DNA of 64,000 nucleotides, taken from contig OZ242010.1 of the NCBI GenBank assembly GCA_965204745.1, positions 5,312,001-5,376,000 on the forward strand, written 5' to 3'. Positions 9,349 through 19,214 of this stretch are shown here, one piece after another. This stretch comes from Candidatus Latescibacterota bacterium. GTDB taxonomy: Bacteria > Latescibacterota > UBA2968. Numbering within the stretch: the stretch's first letter is position 1; each line of letters starts with the position of its first letter. Made by a program: the position numbers and the translations under genes. The notes beneath the pieces were generated by a model, which saw only the letters and a list, made by a program, of their open reading frames with translations, ran no database searches and had not been told where the DNA came from.

Positions 9349-9430
9349 GTAGGGGCGGCGCAATTAGCCGTTCTCAAGCCAGTTCATGGATGGGAAACGA
9401 CGAGCGAGGTAGGGGCAGTGCCCCTGTGCC
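9349..9430. repeat. Two GTAG-type REP-like elements
   Basis: gtaggggcggcgcaattagccg (9349) and gtaggggcagtgcccctgtgcc (9409). Confidence 0.5.
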
Positions 9431-9508
9431 AAAAAAAAATGATGTGGCTATCAGAAATTATCATACCTTTTCGATATGGATGGGAATAATGTGAAAAAGG
9501 AGAATAAC

Positions 9509-10336
9509 ATGGTTTCTGATCTCGATATCTATCTGTTCGACTTGCGCGGGTACCTGCTTCTGGAAGGCGCGCTGACCGATAGTGAAGTTCGGGCATTGAA
9601 CGGGTGTTTGGACGAAATTCCCGCGCTCGCGCCGGGCGACTGGTATGGGTATATCCACGGCCATGCGTATGGCGATGTCACATCGGGAATCAACTATCAG
9701 CAGATTTACGAGGCGGGCGAGCCGTATGAAAAGCTGATCGACCATCCGTCTTGGTTTGAACACGTCAAGTTGTTCATCGGCGGCGAAGGCACCTTTGACT
9801 ACCATCACGGCCCCGTGTTCATCGACGAATGTTTTGCCAATTTCCGCGGGCCGGGCGAGGCCATTGGCCTGCATTCGGGTGGGTTTCCGCCCATTCACAG
9901 AAATCAGTTTCGCTATCGCGGCGGCCGGTTTATGTGCGGGCAGATCAACGTGCTGATCGCCCTCACAGACATCGGGCCGGGCGATGGGGGAACGATGCTG
10001 ATTCCGGGCAGCCACAAATCGAATTTCAAGCATCCGCATTACGACAAACAGCGGATGGGAGAGAACAGGTCCGTCGATGGCACCCTAGGCGCGATTGAAG
10101 TGTTTATGAAGGCGGGCGATACCTTGGTTTTTGTCGATGGGATTTCTCACGGCTCCGCCAAGCGCGTCAACGAGGGCACGCGGCGCATTGTCGTGTATCG
10201 CTACGGCCCTTCGTGGGGAAATTTCCGGCACGGGTACCAGCCCTCACCGGAATTGCTCGACCGCCTCACACCCCAACGCCGCCGCATCGTCCAACCCCAG
10301 GTCTTGCTCCCACGCGAACCACAAATCAAAAAATAA
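9509..10336 (+). CDS. Phytanoyl-CoA dioxygenase (PhyH)-family Fe(II)/2OG enzyme, HxG variant
   Basis: YLFDLRGYL, LHSGG, IPGSHKS, SHGS, RR..V.RY; AAGGAG RBS. Confidence 0.85.
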   Translation: MVSDLDIYLFDLRGYLLLEGALTDSEVRALNGCLDEIPALAPGDWYGYIHGHAYGDVTSGINYQQIYEAGEPYEKLIDHPSWFEHVKLFIGGEGTFDYHHGPVFIDECFANFRGPGEAIGLHSGGFPPIHRNQFRYRGGRFMCGQINVLIALTDIGPGDGGTMLIPGSHKSNFKHPHYDKQRMGENRSVDGTLGAIEVFMKAGDTLVFVDGISHGSAKRVNEGTRRIVVYRYGPSWGNFRHGYQPSPELLDRLTPQRRRIVQPQVLLPREPQIKK

Positions 10337-10371
10337 AAAAAGGAAGGCGACCTGCCTTCCCCCTTTCTTTT
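10337..10371. terminator. Bidirectional intrinsic terminator
   Basis: A-tract, ggaaggc/gccttcc stem, T-rich tail, between convergent genes. Confidence 0.7.
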
Positions 10372-10386
10372 GCACAAAAAATGGCA

Positions 10387-11232
10387 TTAGCACGTTGCGC
10401 CGAGTTGGTCGCCGCCGTAGATGGCTAGGCGTTCTGCTGTGGTCAGCGCGACAGCACGTTGAGGGCGGTAGTGGTATTGCAAGGCCCTGCGGCGATAGGG
10501 CGAGCGATTGGTCGGGCTACCGTGATGGGTCAAGCCGTGCCAGAACAGGCAACCGCCGGGATCGAGCGGCACAGTGACGCTGTTGGGAACAGCCACATCC
10601 GCGTCGCATATTTGCCAGTCGCGCCGCTTAAAATGCGGGATCGGGCCATGTTGGTTAGAACCGGGAATGATGTGCAAACACCCATTTTCTTCGGTGGCCG
10701 CATCTATCGCAATCCACACCCCGACAACCGTGGTGTGAACGGGATAATTGAAATACGCGCAGTCTTGGTGCCATGGCTTCTCGCGGCCAATGCGCGGGGG
10801 TTTGATCAGCCCCATGTCCTGAAAGAGCACGGGCGTGTCGTTCATCATGCGGGCGAGCACAGCGAGCACGTCGGGGGCATAAGCGAGGGCAGAGAGGCGG
10901 TCGTCGCTATCGACAAATTGCCAGAGTTTCCGCACGGCATCGCGGCGCGCCTCACCCGTGAGTGTGGAAAAACACCCGCGGTTGTCGGCTTCGACCTGCA
11001 AGCCCTTAAAGTCCGGATTGTTGCCATCGATGAGGTGCCACATCGCCCGGCCAGCGGATTCAATTTGTTGCGGCGCGAACGCCTGCCGAATGGCGAGATA
11101 CCCCTGTTCGTGAAACCGGGCGATTTGACGGTCGTCAATATCGGCGAGCGTATCGAGATACTCGGCCCGTCTGTTCGCGCTGTAGAGCGATGGGTCATGG
11201 ATCTCGATAGACACGGGAACTGGTTCTGCCAT
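10387..11232 (-). CDS. PhyH-family dioxygenase
   Basis: FHEQGYL, KPWHQD, ENGCL.IIPGS, HHGS..N.S..RRAL; AGGAG RBS. Confidence 0.9.
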   Translation of the reverse strand: MAEPVPVSIEIHDPSLYSANRRAEYLDTLADIDDRQIARFHEQGYLAIRQAFAPQQIESAGRAMWHLIDGNNPDFKGLQVEADNRGCFSTLTGEARRDAVRKLWQFVDSDDRLSALAYAPDVLAVLARMMNDTPVLFQDMGLIKPPRIGREKPWHQDCAYFNYPVHTTVVGVWIAIDAATEENGCLHIIPGSNQHGPIPHFKRRDWQICDADVAVPNSVTVPLDPGGCLFWHGLTHHGSPTNRSPYRRRALQYHYRPQRAVALTTAERLAIYGGDQLGATC

Positions 11233-11257
11233 GAGATACTCCTGAAAAGATGGAAGT

Positions 11258-11328
11258 TTAGCCACGAGCGAGGTACAACTGGCAACAGCCCGTTCAAAAA
11301 CACGAGCGGGGTACAACTGGCGACAGTC
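11258..11328 (-). repeat. Two copies of the palindromic GAAC.GGCTGTCGCCAGTTGTACCCCGCTCGTG repeat
   Basis: Reverse complement of the units at 35.76 kb and 52.2 kb. Confidence 0.85.
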
Positions 11329-11381
11329 CGATCAAACAAAGATACAAGAAACCTTTACAGGCTATCGTCGCGGTGGTGAAA

Positions 11382-11409
11382 GTAGGGGACTATAATTATA
11401 GCCCCCTAC
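11382..11409. repeat. GTAG-type REP palindrome
   Basis: gtagggg-actataattatagc-cccctac. Confidence 0.7.
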
Positions 11410-11495
11410 GCCATTCAATCTGGGGCATGTTGCGGCACGACCAGGATTTTGATGGCGAGAAATTCTATCGGATCACCGCGCAAACCCCTTGACCT

Positions 11496-12455
11496 TTAAG
11501 AGCGTATCTTATTTTTTTCGCTTTCTAATGCGAGGAGCATGACCTCTGTTGTCGTTAGCAAATCCAGCGCGTTGTGGAACAGAATATCGCGCATTTGCAC
11601 GGCATTGCCCGAGAGCACAAAGCGGTGGTACGCGTCGGGAATTTCCGCGCCCGGAATATCGCCGCGCCGGATGCGGTGGCAAAGATGGCGTTCCAAGGTC
11701 TGCAACTTGCAGTTGGGCAGTTGCCGGCCCCAAAACCGCCGCGCCACATGCAACATGTCAATATGCGCTTGTCGCAGGCAGAAGGGCACGCCCAAGAACG
11801 CGCACCGGTCGCGGATATAGGGCAAATCGTAGGACTTGCCATTGAAGCTGACAATCACGCTGGACGCATCCAACAGGGCGGCGAAGTGCGTCAACAGCGC
11901 GGCTTCTTCGGTGTAATCGCGGGCTAGCAGTTGGACGACGCGCAAGTCGCCATTGAACTGCGCCAAGATGCCGATCAAGAACAAGGGCGTGCCCGCGGTC
12001 AATCCCGTGGTTTCGATATCCACGCAAATCACATCGCGGGCATGGGCGTCGATGAGGGGATGGAAAGTGTCGTAGCGATCCCACGGCACATTGCCCGCGT
12101 GCAACGCGCTGATCGCGCGTGTGTATCGCTCGGCAAATGCCCGGCCGCCGCCGTGCAGAATTTCTCGCACGGTTTGGTCGATCCGCAGAAACGCGCCCGC
12201 GGGCGTCTGGATCGCTTGGCCCTGCGCCACTTCGCTCAACGAGAGGTGCAACCGCGCATCGGCCGCGGTCGCCATGACGCGCAAGTCGCGGGCATCGGGC
12301 ACGGGCGTGCGGAATGAGGTCGCTGCGTTGCCGCGGTTTTTTTGATCGGTTGCAACGGGGCGGTGCTCGGATTCGGACACTTCGATCTCGTCTTTGTGTT
12401 TCAAATCGCGGCGGTTGAGCGCGGCAATGCGTTTTCGCATGTCATCGGAAATCAT
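11496..12455 (-). CDS. YprB/MrfB-like RNase H-fold (DEDD) exonuclease
   Basis: DIETTG, SFNGKSYDLPY, HIDML, L.TLE..L...R.GDIPG, HNALDL. Confidence 0.85.
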   Translation of the reverse strand: MISDDMRKRIAALNRRDLKHKDEIEVSESEHRPVATDQKNRGNAATSFRTPVPDARDLRVMATAADARLHLSLSEVAQGQAIQTPAGAFLRIDQTVREILHGGGRAFAERYTRAISALHAGNVPWDRYDTFHPLIDAHARDVICVDIETTGLTAGTPLFLIGILAQFNGDLRVVQLLARDYTEEAALLTHFAALLDASSVIVSFNGKSYDLPYIRDRCAFLGVPFCLRQAHIDMLHVARRFWGRQLPNCKLQTLERHLCHRIRRGDIPGAEIPDAYHRFVLSGNAVQMRDILFHNALDLLTTTEVMLLALESEKNKIRS

Positions 12456-12542
12456 AGGGACAATATACTTTCAGAACCGCCCATCCGTCAAGGTGTAGAA
12501 ACTTCTCGCATGAACGAAATGGGTTTATTAAATTACGGGTCT

Positions 12543-14447
12543 ATGAAACGCATCTATTTTTGGATTTTCTTTTTTTTGGTAGGGTGTCTCGCGCCCGATC
12601 CTGGGCAACGCGAAGCGGGTGAGGCCGTGCAGTCCAATGCGGTGATCCGCGAATCGCGCGCACCCGAGCAGATCGATCCCACAATTTTGATCGACCGCAC
12701 CTTTGGCGAAGCCCCCGGCCTCGCTGAAAAAGTCAAAAGCGGCAAACTCCCTCCGGTATCTGAACGCCTGCCGGAAAATCCCCTCGTGGTCATCCCGATA
12801 GACACCATCGGACAATATGGGGGCATCTTGCGCCGCGCACTCACGGGCGACATCATCCAAACAGCGGGCGCGAATAAAACCCTGAGCGAAAATCTGATGG
12901 GATTTTCCCGGCCCTTGCCGGACAGCATTGTACACAACCTCGCAGAAAGTTTTGAATTTCGAGACGCGGGTCGAACCGCGATTTTCAAAATCCGCAAGGG
13001 CATCAAGTGGTCCGATGGCGCGCCATTTACGGTTGACGACATCTTGTTTTGGTACTACGACATGACCTTTGACGACAATGCCCGGCCGCACAACCAGCCG
13101 GTTCCCCCTTCGGTGTGGGTGGTGGATGGCAAGCCCATTGACTTGGAGAAGATCGACGATCATACCTTGAAAGTCTCGTCGTCCAAACCCCTCGGCCGCG
13201 TCTTGCACGCGCTGTGTTCAGATGTGGTTGCACAGCCCAAACACCACTTGTCGCACTTGCATCCGCGGTACAATCCGGAAGCGCGTTATGAGGAGTTTCG
13301 GGAAAAAGCCACGAATGCCATGCTCATCATGAAACCCGGGATGCCGCGCTTGTCTGCGTGGGTGCCCGTGGAATGGATTCGCGGGCAACGCATCGTTTAT
13401 GAGCGCAATCCTTATTATTGGAAGGTGGATACCGCGGGCAATCAACTGCCTTATGTGGACCGCCTCGAATTTACGGTCATCCAAGACCCGCAGGTTATTT
13501 TGCTCAAATTCGTCAATGGCGAGCTCGACTTGTTTGGGCGGTATTCCCGCATCAACATGTTTCCCACCCTGCGCGCCGAAGAAACAGAGGGCAAGTTCAA
13601 ATTGCGAATCACCGGGCCGGACCGAGGGCCGGCGTACTATCTCAACTGGGATACGCCCAAACCCGCGCTGCGCGAAGCCTTTCGCAACCGGGATGTGCGC
13701 GTCGCCATGTCGCACGCGATCAACCGCGAGGAGATCAACCAGATCGTGTATCACGGCTTGCTCGATCCCTCGGGATATTCTTTCGCGCCCTCCAACCCGC
13801 ACTACGCCGAGGCGGCCTATCGCAAATATTCTGCCTTTGACCCGGCCCTATCCCGCGACCTTTTGGACAGGGCCGAGTACCGCGACACAGATGGCGATGG
13901 GTGGCGCGAGCTCCTGGACGGGTCGCGTTTTGAACTCAATATCGACGTGATTCCCGGGGTCGGCGTGGATGTGTCCGAACTCGTGTCCGAACACTGGCGC
14001 GACATTGGCATCAAAGCCAATTTGAATATCGCGTTGCGCGACATCGTATGGCCGCGCCGGCTCAACGGGGAATTTGACATCCACCACTGGGGACTCGAAG
14101 GCCCGGCCGATCCTTTGGGCCGCCTCAACGACTGGGCGATTATGGCGCCCACCGTGCCCTTTTGGCACCGCAATGCGTCCAAAGAAGGCCCGGCGTGGTT
14201 GCGCGAAGCCACGGCCCGCATCAAAAAGGTGTTGACGAGCGTCGATCCCATCGCCGTACACCGGGAAATGACAGACGTGCGCGACCTCCACACCGACAAT
14301 GTACCCGTTATCGTCGTCGGTTCCGCCTATTCCATCTGGGGGGCGAGCACGCGACTGGGCAATGTCCCGCTTCAAGGCAGCGCCGCAGACGTACATCGCG
14401 GCTGGGGCCGCCCCGTGTTCCACGAACAGATTTTTGTGAGGAAGTAG
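12543..14447 (+). CDS. ABC transporter substrate-binding lipoprotein, family 5
   Basis: Lipobox LVGC; LPPVSERLPENP; IRKGIKWSDGAPFT.DD; ERNPYYWKVD.AGNQLPY. Confidence 0.9.
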   Translation: MKRIYFWIFFFLVGCLAPDPGQREAGEAVQSNAVIRESRAPEQIDPTILIDRTFGEAPGLAEKVKSGKLPPVSERLPENPLVVIPIDTIGQYGGILRRALTGDIIQTAGANKTLSENLMGFSRPLPDSIVHNLAESFEFRDAGRTAIFKIRKGIKWSDGAPFTVDDILFWYYDMTFDDNARPHNQPVPPSVWVVDGKPIDLEKIDDHTLKVSSSKPLGRVLHALCSDVVAQPKHHLSHLHPRYNPEARYEEFREKATNAMLIMKPGMPRLSAWVPVEWIRGQRIVYERNPYYWKVDTAGNQLPYVDRLEFTVIQDPQVILLKFVNGELDLFGRYSRINMFPTLRAEETEGKFKLRITGPDRGPAYYLNWDTPKPALREAFRNRDVRVAMSHAINREEINQIVYHGLLDPSGYSFAPSNPHYAEAAYRKYSAFDPALSRDLLDRAEYRDTDGDGWRELLDGSRFELNIDVIPGVGVDVSELVSEHWRDIGIKANLNIALRDIVWPRRLNGEFDIHHWGLEGPADPLGRLNDWAIMAPTVPFWHRNASKEGPAWLREATARIKKVLTSVDPIAVHREMTDVRDLHTDNVPVIVVGSAYSIWGASTRLGNVPLQGSAADVHRGWGRPVFHEQIFVRK

Positions 14448-14494
14448 CGAGCGATCAACCCTCCCCATCCACCCCGGAGATATGTTTCGCCGAC

Positions 14495-14565
14495 CTCTTG
14501 GGGATTGTGTGGCCTTCTCACGTCTCACGTCTCGCTTTTAGGGTTGTGTGGCCTCTTGCATCTTT
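14495..14565. repeat. Composite heptamer (CGTCTCA) repeat with two gg..ttgtgtggcct spacers
   Basis: gggattgtgtggccttctcacgtctcacgtctcgc...gggttgtgtggcctcttgc. Confidence 0.6.
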
Positions 14566-14651
14566 GGGCCGCCCCGTGCAGATTTTTGTTAGCGAAAGGC
14601 TATCTCCGCAGAGACGGCCTTTCCCGATTCCTTTACATTTGGGAGAATGAT

Positions 14652-15893
14652 ATGGATGACCAACAATTGGAACAAGCCTTGCAGAAGGTTGGAAAAGAAT
14701 GCTTTGTGACCTATCTTGAGAAGTTCGCCGACTTTTCGATAGTCAACAAAGATGTTGCCGCACAGATTAAGGCGGAGAAAAATTACACGGACAAAGCCTG
14801 CCAATATCGCACAAACGATGCCCGCCGCATCATCAGGGCAGGCCAAGCTGTGGATGCCTTGATCAATATTAGCCAATCAAATGTGCCAAGCCATGTTATG
14901 GAAAAAGCTCGCAAAATTGCCGAGCGGGCCAATGCCGAAAATAAGGGCAAGTCGGTCAATGGCTCTGATCTGCTACAAATTATCGCGGCCTCAGTCGGTC
15001 TCACTTTTACCTACGCGATTGACAACATCCTTAAAGATGGTTGTTTTCTTGATCGGGCCAAACTGGAAATGGTACTACAGCGGCTCAAGGACAAGAAGAA
15101 CCTGATTCTACAGGGGCCGCCGGGCACGGGCAAGACTTGGCTGGCTACCAAGTTGGCGTTTGCTCTGCTTGGGGGCAAAGACAGACGCAGGGTGGAGCGT
15201 TTCCAGTTTCATCCCAATCTCTCTTACGGGGACTTCATCCGCGGTTACCGTCCTCAAGGTGAAAAAGGGCCAACGCTCGTTGACGGTCCGTTTCTCAGGG
15301 TGGTTAATAACGCGAAGGAAGAGCCTGATCGCGATTACGCACTCGTCATTGAAGATATAAACCGGGGCAACCCGGCCCAGATTTTCGGCGAGATGCTGAC
15401 CCTGCTGGAAGCCGACAAGCGCGAGTACAGTGACGCACTGACGCTGGCCCATCCTCATACTCCTGATGAGCGCGTCTATATTCCGCCTAATGTGTATGTT
15501 ATTGGCACGATGAATGTCGCGGATCGCTCTTTGGCACTCTTCAATTTGGCTCTCCGACGCCGATTTGCGTTCGTTGACCTGGAACCCATTTTCGACACCA
15601 CTTGGCGCGACTGGGTCAACCGGGAGTGTGACATAGATAGCGACTTTCTATCGACCATTGCAAATCGGCTGACGTCTCTGAATGAGCAAATCGCAGCCGA
15701 TCACAATCTGGGGCCACAATTCCGAATCGGGCACAGCGTCGTAACCCCTCAACCCAACGCATCGATTACTGATCCGATAAAGTGGTTCACAGATGTCGTC
15801 GAAACCGAGATAGGCCCCATGCTGGATGAGTACTGGTTCGATAATGCGGATGAGGCTCAAAAAGCAAAGCGAGCACTGCTGGAAGACCTGTGA
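14652..15893 (+). CDS. mcrB: McrB-like AAA+ GTPase (type IV restriction motor), no intact mcrC downstream
   Basis: GPPGTGKT, QFHP.LSY.DF, IEDINRGN, GTMNVADRS, ALRRRF, IGHS, LDEYWFD. Confidence 0.85.
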   Translation: MDDQQLEQALQKVGKECFVTYLEKFADFSIVNKDVAAQIKAEKNYTDKACQYRTNDARRIIRAGQAVDALINISQSNVPSHVMEKARKIAERANAENKGKSVNGSDLLQIIAASVGLTFTYAIDNILKDGCFLDRAKLEMVLQRLKDKKNLILQGPPGTGKTWLATKLAFALLGGKDRRRVERFQFHPNLSYGDFIRGYRPQGEKGPTLVDGPFLRVVNNAKEEPDRDYALVIEDINRGNPAQIFGEMLTLLEADKREYSDALTLAHPHTPDERVYIPPNVYVIGTMNVADRSLALFNLALRRRFAFVDLEPIFDTTWRDWVNRECDIDSDFLSTIANRLTSLNEQIAADHNLGPQFRIGHSVVTPQPNASITDPIKWFTDVVETEIGPMLDEYWFDNADEAQKAKRALLEDL

Positions 15894-15985
15894 TGATAGC
15901 CCCTAACACTATTGACCGTGCGGACCGCGCTATTGCCGAAGAGGCCATCGGCGCGGTGTTGGACAACGGAGAACTGATTGCTTGA
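15893..15985 (+). pseudogene. 30-aa ORF translationally coupled to mcrB, possible truncated mcrC 5' remnant
   Basis: TGATG overlap with the mcrB stop; MIAPNTIDRADRAIAEEAIGAVLDNGELIA*; ends at the repeat tract. Confidence 0.3.
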
Positions 15986-16078
15986 ACGGTTGGGCGTTGG
16001 GCGGCCCTCTCACCTCTCACCTCTTGCCTCTTGCTTCTTGCCTCTCACCTCTCGCCTCTCACCTCTCACCTTTCACCT
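15981..16078. repeat. Composite heptamer (CCTCTCA/CCTCTTG) tract with G-rich spacer
   Basis: About 10 heptamers; the spacer is the reverse complement of a variant of the 52-bp unit at 191. Confidence 0.85.
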
Positions 16079-16079
16079 T

Positions 16080-17078
16080 ATGATCAACTACATCATCCGC
16101 CGATTGTTGCACATGATCCCCACGCTGATCCTGATTTCCATGGTCAGCTTCGCGGTGATTCAAGCGCCGCCGGGCGATATGCTCACGTCTCGCCTCGCGG
16201 AATTGGCCGAGCAGGGCGAGTTGGGGTCCGAAAGCGCGATGGCGCAAATTGACGCCCTGCGCGAACGCTATGGGCTCAACGATCCGATCTACGTGCAATA
16301 CGCGCGCTGGATCTGGAAAATCGTCAGCAAAGGCGATTTTGGGCAATCGTTCACGTACGAAATGGACGTGATGGAACTCTTGGCCGAACGCTTGGGACTC
16401 ACCTTGACCCTGACGCTCTCCACCTTGATCTTTACGTGGATCGTCGCCATACCCATTGGCATCTACTCGGCCACGCGGCAATATTCCATTGGGGATTACG
16501 GCTTTACCTTTCTCGGGTTCATCGGCCTTGCCACCCCCAACTTTTTGCTGGCACTGGTCATTATGTTCATCCAAGTCTCGGTCTTTGAAGCCGAATCGGT
16601 CGGGGGGTTGCTCTCGCCCGAATACATCGGCGCGGCGTGGTCGTGGGCAAAATTTGTCGATTTGCTCGAGCACATCTGGGTGCCCATTCTCGTCATTGGC
16701 ACGGGCAGCACGGCGGGCATCATCCGCATTATGCGCGGCAACTTGCTCGACATCCTCGGGCAACAACACATTCAAACCGGGCGCGCCAAGGGCCTCAAAG
16801 AAGGCAAGGTCATCGTCAAGTACGGCGTCCGCATTGCCATCAACCCGTTGGTCAGCCGCCTCGGCCTCGAGTTGCCCGGCCTGCTCTCGGGCGCGGTTGT
16901 GACCGGCATCGTGCTCGGCTTGCCGACGGCCGGCCCCATTTTTTTGACCGCGCTCACGTCGCAAGACATGTACTTGGCGGGCGCATTCCTGCTCTTGGCC
17001 GCCACGTTTTTGCTCGTGGGCAATTTGTTGGCGGATATTCTTTTGGCATGGCTCGATCCGAGGATTCGCTATGAGTAG
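16080..17078 (+). CDS. ABC permease OppB/DppB-like
   Basis: YIIRRLL, GDFGQS, TGRAKGL, D.LLAWLDPRIR. Confidence 0.9.
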   Translation: MINYIIRRLLHMIPTLILISMVSFAVIQAPPGDMLTSRLAELAEQGELGSESAMAQIDALRERYGLNDPIYVQYARWIWKIVSKGDFGQSFTYEMDVMELLAERLGLTLTLTLSTLIFTWIVAIPIGIYSATRQYSIGDYGFTFLGFIGLATPNFLLALVIMFIQVSVFEAESVGGLLSPEYIGAAWSWAKFVDLLEHIWVPILVIGTGSTAGIIRIMRGNLLDILGQQHIQTGRAKGLKEGKVIVKYGVRIAINPLVSRLGLELPGLLSGAVVTGIVLGLPTAGPIFLTALTSQDMYLAGAFLLLAATFLLVGNLLADILLAWLDPRIRYE

Positions 17079-18201
17079 CATCGATCAAACGACGCCGGAG
17101 GTACAGGCGGAAGAAGCCGCGACCGCGGGCACGTATTCGCAGCGCGAGTTGATCTGGCGGCGGTTCAAAAAACACCGCGCAGGCGTCGTGGGGGGATACG
17201 TGGTGCTCTTTCTGTATGTCTGCGTTTTCATGGGCGAATTTTTGGCGCCGCACGACCCGGCGCATCGCTACTACAACTACGTTCATTTGCCCGCGCAGCG
17301 CGTTCACATCTTTTCCGAGAACGGCATCCACTGGCCCTTTGTCTATGGGATCAAAAAGGCGTTTGACCGGCAAACCGGCATCAAAACCTATACGGAAGAC
17401 GCCTCGGCGCGCTACCCGGTGTACCCGTTTGCCCGCGGCGCGGAATACGCATTTTACGGCCTCTTTCGCACGGATATTCACTTGTTTGGCACGGGCAAGG
17501 GCAACCCGCTGTTCCTCTTGGGCACGGACCGGTTTGGGCGCGACATGCTCTCGCGCATCATCGTGGGCGGGCGCATCTCCCTCACCATTGGCCTGCTCGC
17601 GGTGCTCATCAGCCTCACCCTCGGCTCTGCGCTCGGCGTGATCTCGGGCTATTACGGCGGCCATGTCGATAACATCATCCAGCGCATCATCGAACTGATC
17701 TTTGCGTTTCCATCCATCCCCATTCTCATGGCCCTCAGCGCGATCTTGCCCCCAGAGTGGCCCTCGCATCTCGTTTTTATGGGCATCGTCACCGTGCTCG
17801 CGCTCGTGGGTTGGGGCGGCCTCGCCCGGGAAATCCGCGGCAAGACCCTGTCCATCCGCGAAGCCGATTTCGTGCTGGCGGCCCGCGTGGCCGGCGCCAA
17901 AGACAGGCGCGTCATTTTTCGGCACTTGCTCCCGTCGATGTTTAGCCACATCATCGTCATCGCAACCCTGGCGATTCCGGGATTCATCCTCGGCGAAAGC
18001 ACGTTGAGTTTTCTCGGCTTGGGCATCAAACCGCCCATGACCTCGTGGGGCTTGCTCTTGGCCGACGCGATGAATATTCACTCCCTCAGCTTGTATCCCT
18101 GGCTGCTTTTGCCCGGCGTGTGCATCATCATCGCGGTGCTCGCGTTCAATTTTCTCGGGGATGGGTTGCGCGATGCCGCGGATCCGTATTCGAGCAGATA
18201 G
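17071..18201 (+). CDS. ABC permease OppC/DppC-like
   Basis: WRRFKK, LGTDRFGRD.LSR, ESTLSFLGLG, FNFLGDGLRDAADP. Confidence 0.9.
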   Translation: MSSIDQTTPEVQAEEAATAGTYSQRELIWRRFKKHRAGVVGGYVVLFLYVCVFMGEFLAPHDPAHRYYNYVHLPAQRVHIFSENGIHWPFVYGIKKAFDRQTGIKTYTEDASARYPVYPFARGAEYAFYGLFRTDIHLFGTGKGNPLFLLGTDRFGRDMLSRIIVGGRISLTIGLLAVLISLTLGSALGVISGYYGGHVDNIIQRIIELIFAFPSIPILMALSAILPPEWPSHLVFMGIVTVLALVGWGGLAREIRGKTLSIREADFVLAARVAGAKDRRVIFRHLLPSMFSHIIVIATLAIPGFILGESTLSFLGLGIKPPMTSWGLLLADAMNIHSLSLYPWLLLPGVCIIIAVLAFNFLGDGLRDAADPYSSR

Positions 18202-18224
18202 CGCGGATCGTTTGAGGACTTCCC

Positions 18225-19214
18225 ATGACACAACCGCTTTTGGACATCTGCGACCTCAAAACCTATTTTTACACGGACGATGGGATCGTGCGCGCAGTCG
18301 ATGGCGTGTCCCTGTCCATGATGCCGCAACAGACCCTGGGCGTGGTGGGCGAATCCGGGTGCGGCAAAAGCATCACGGCATTTTCGACCATGCGCCTCAT
18401 CCCAAGCCCGCCGGGCAAAATCGAAAACGGGCAGATTTTGTTTCGCAAAACCCCAAAAAGCGATCCCATCGACCTGACCCAACTCAACCCCAAAGGCGCG
18501 CAGATGCGCGGGATTCGCGGGAATGACATCGCCATGATCTTTCAAGAACCCATGACCTCGCTCAGCCCGGTCCACACCGTGGGCAACCAGATCGGCGAAG
18601 CCATTATGTTGCACCAAAATGCGGACAAAACCGAGGCTCGGGAACGCGCCATTGACGCGCTCAACAAGGTGCGCCTGCCGCGTCCGGACCGCCAGGTCGA
18701 TGCCTATCCCCACGAACTTTCGGGCGGGATGCGCCAACGCGCGATGATCGCCATGGCCCTGTCGTGCAACCCCAACTTGCTCATCGCGGACGAACCCACC
18801 ACGGCCTTAGATGTGACGGTGCAGGCCCAAATTTTGGACCTGATGCGCCAACTGCAATCCGATATCGGCATGGCGATTATGCTCATCACGCACGACTTGG
18901 GCGTGGTCGCCAGCATGGCGGATTACGTCGCGGTGATGTATTTGGGCAAGATCGTCGAGTATGCCGACACGCGCACCATTTTCAAAAACCCGCGCCATCC
19001 CTATACCAAGGGCTTGCTGAACTCCCTTCCCCAAGTGGGGCACAAACGCCGGCTCGTGCCCATTGAAGGCGCGATTCCAGATCCGTTTGAAATCCCCCAG
19101 GGCTGTGCTTTTGCCCCGCGTTGCCCGCACGCCATGCGAAAGTGCCGCGAAGAACCGCAACTCCTCGAAATCGCATCGGGCCATCGCGTGAGTTGTTGGT
19201 TGGAAAATGATTGA
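18225..19214 (+). CDS. ABC ATPase OppD/DppD-like
   Basis: [30 protein letters not shown]-terminal Cys cluster. Confidence 0.92.
   Translation: MTQPLLDICDLKTYFYTDDGIVRAVDGVSLSMMPQQTLGVVGESGCGKSITAFSTMRLIPSPPGKIENGQILFRKTPKSDPIDLTQLNPKGAQMRGIRGNDIAMIFQEPMTSLSPVHTVGNQIGEAIMLHQNADKTEARERAIDALNKVRLPRPDRQVDAYPHELSGGMRQRAMIAMALSCNPNLLIADEPTTALDVTVQAQILDLMRQLQSDIGMAIMLITHDLGVVASMADYVAVMYLGKIVEYADTRTIFKNPRHPYTKGLLNSLPQVGHKRRLVPIEGAIPDPFEIPQGCAFAPRCPHAMRKCREEPQLLEIASGHRVSCWLEND

Noticed and set aside
9364-9378. Alternative left end of the tnpB element (ttgagaacggctaa resembles the right junction)
   Set aside because: It lies inside a GTAG REP-like palindrome and about 120 bp from the subterminal motifs. 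The GG at 9261-9262 gives symmetric motif spacing.
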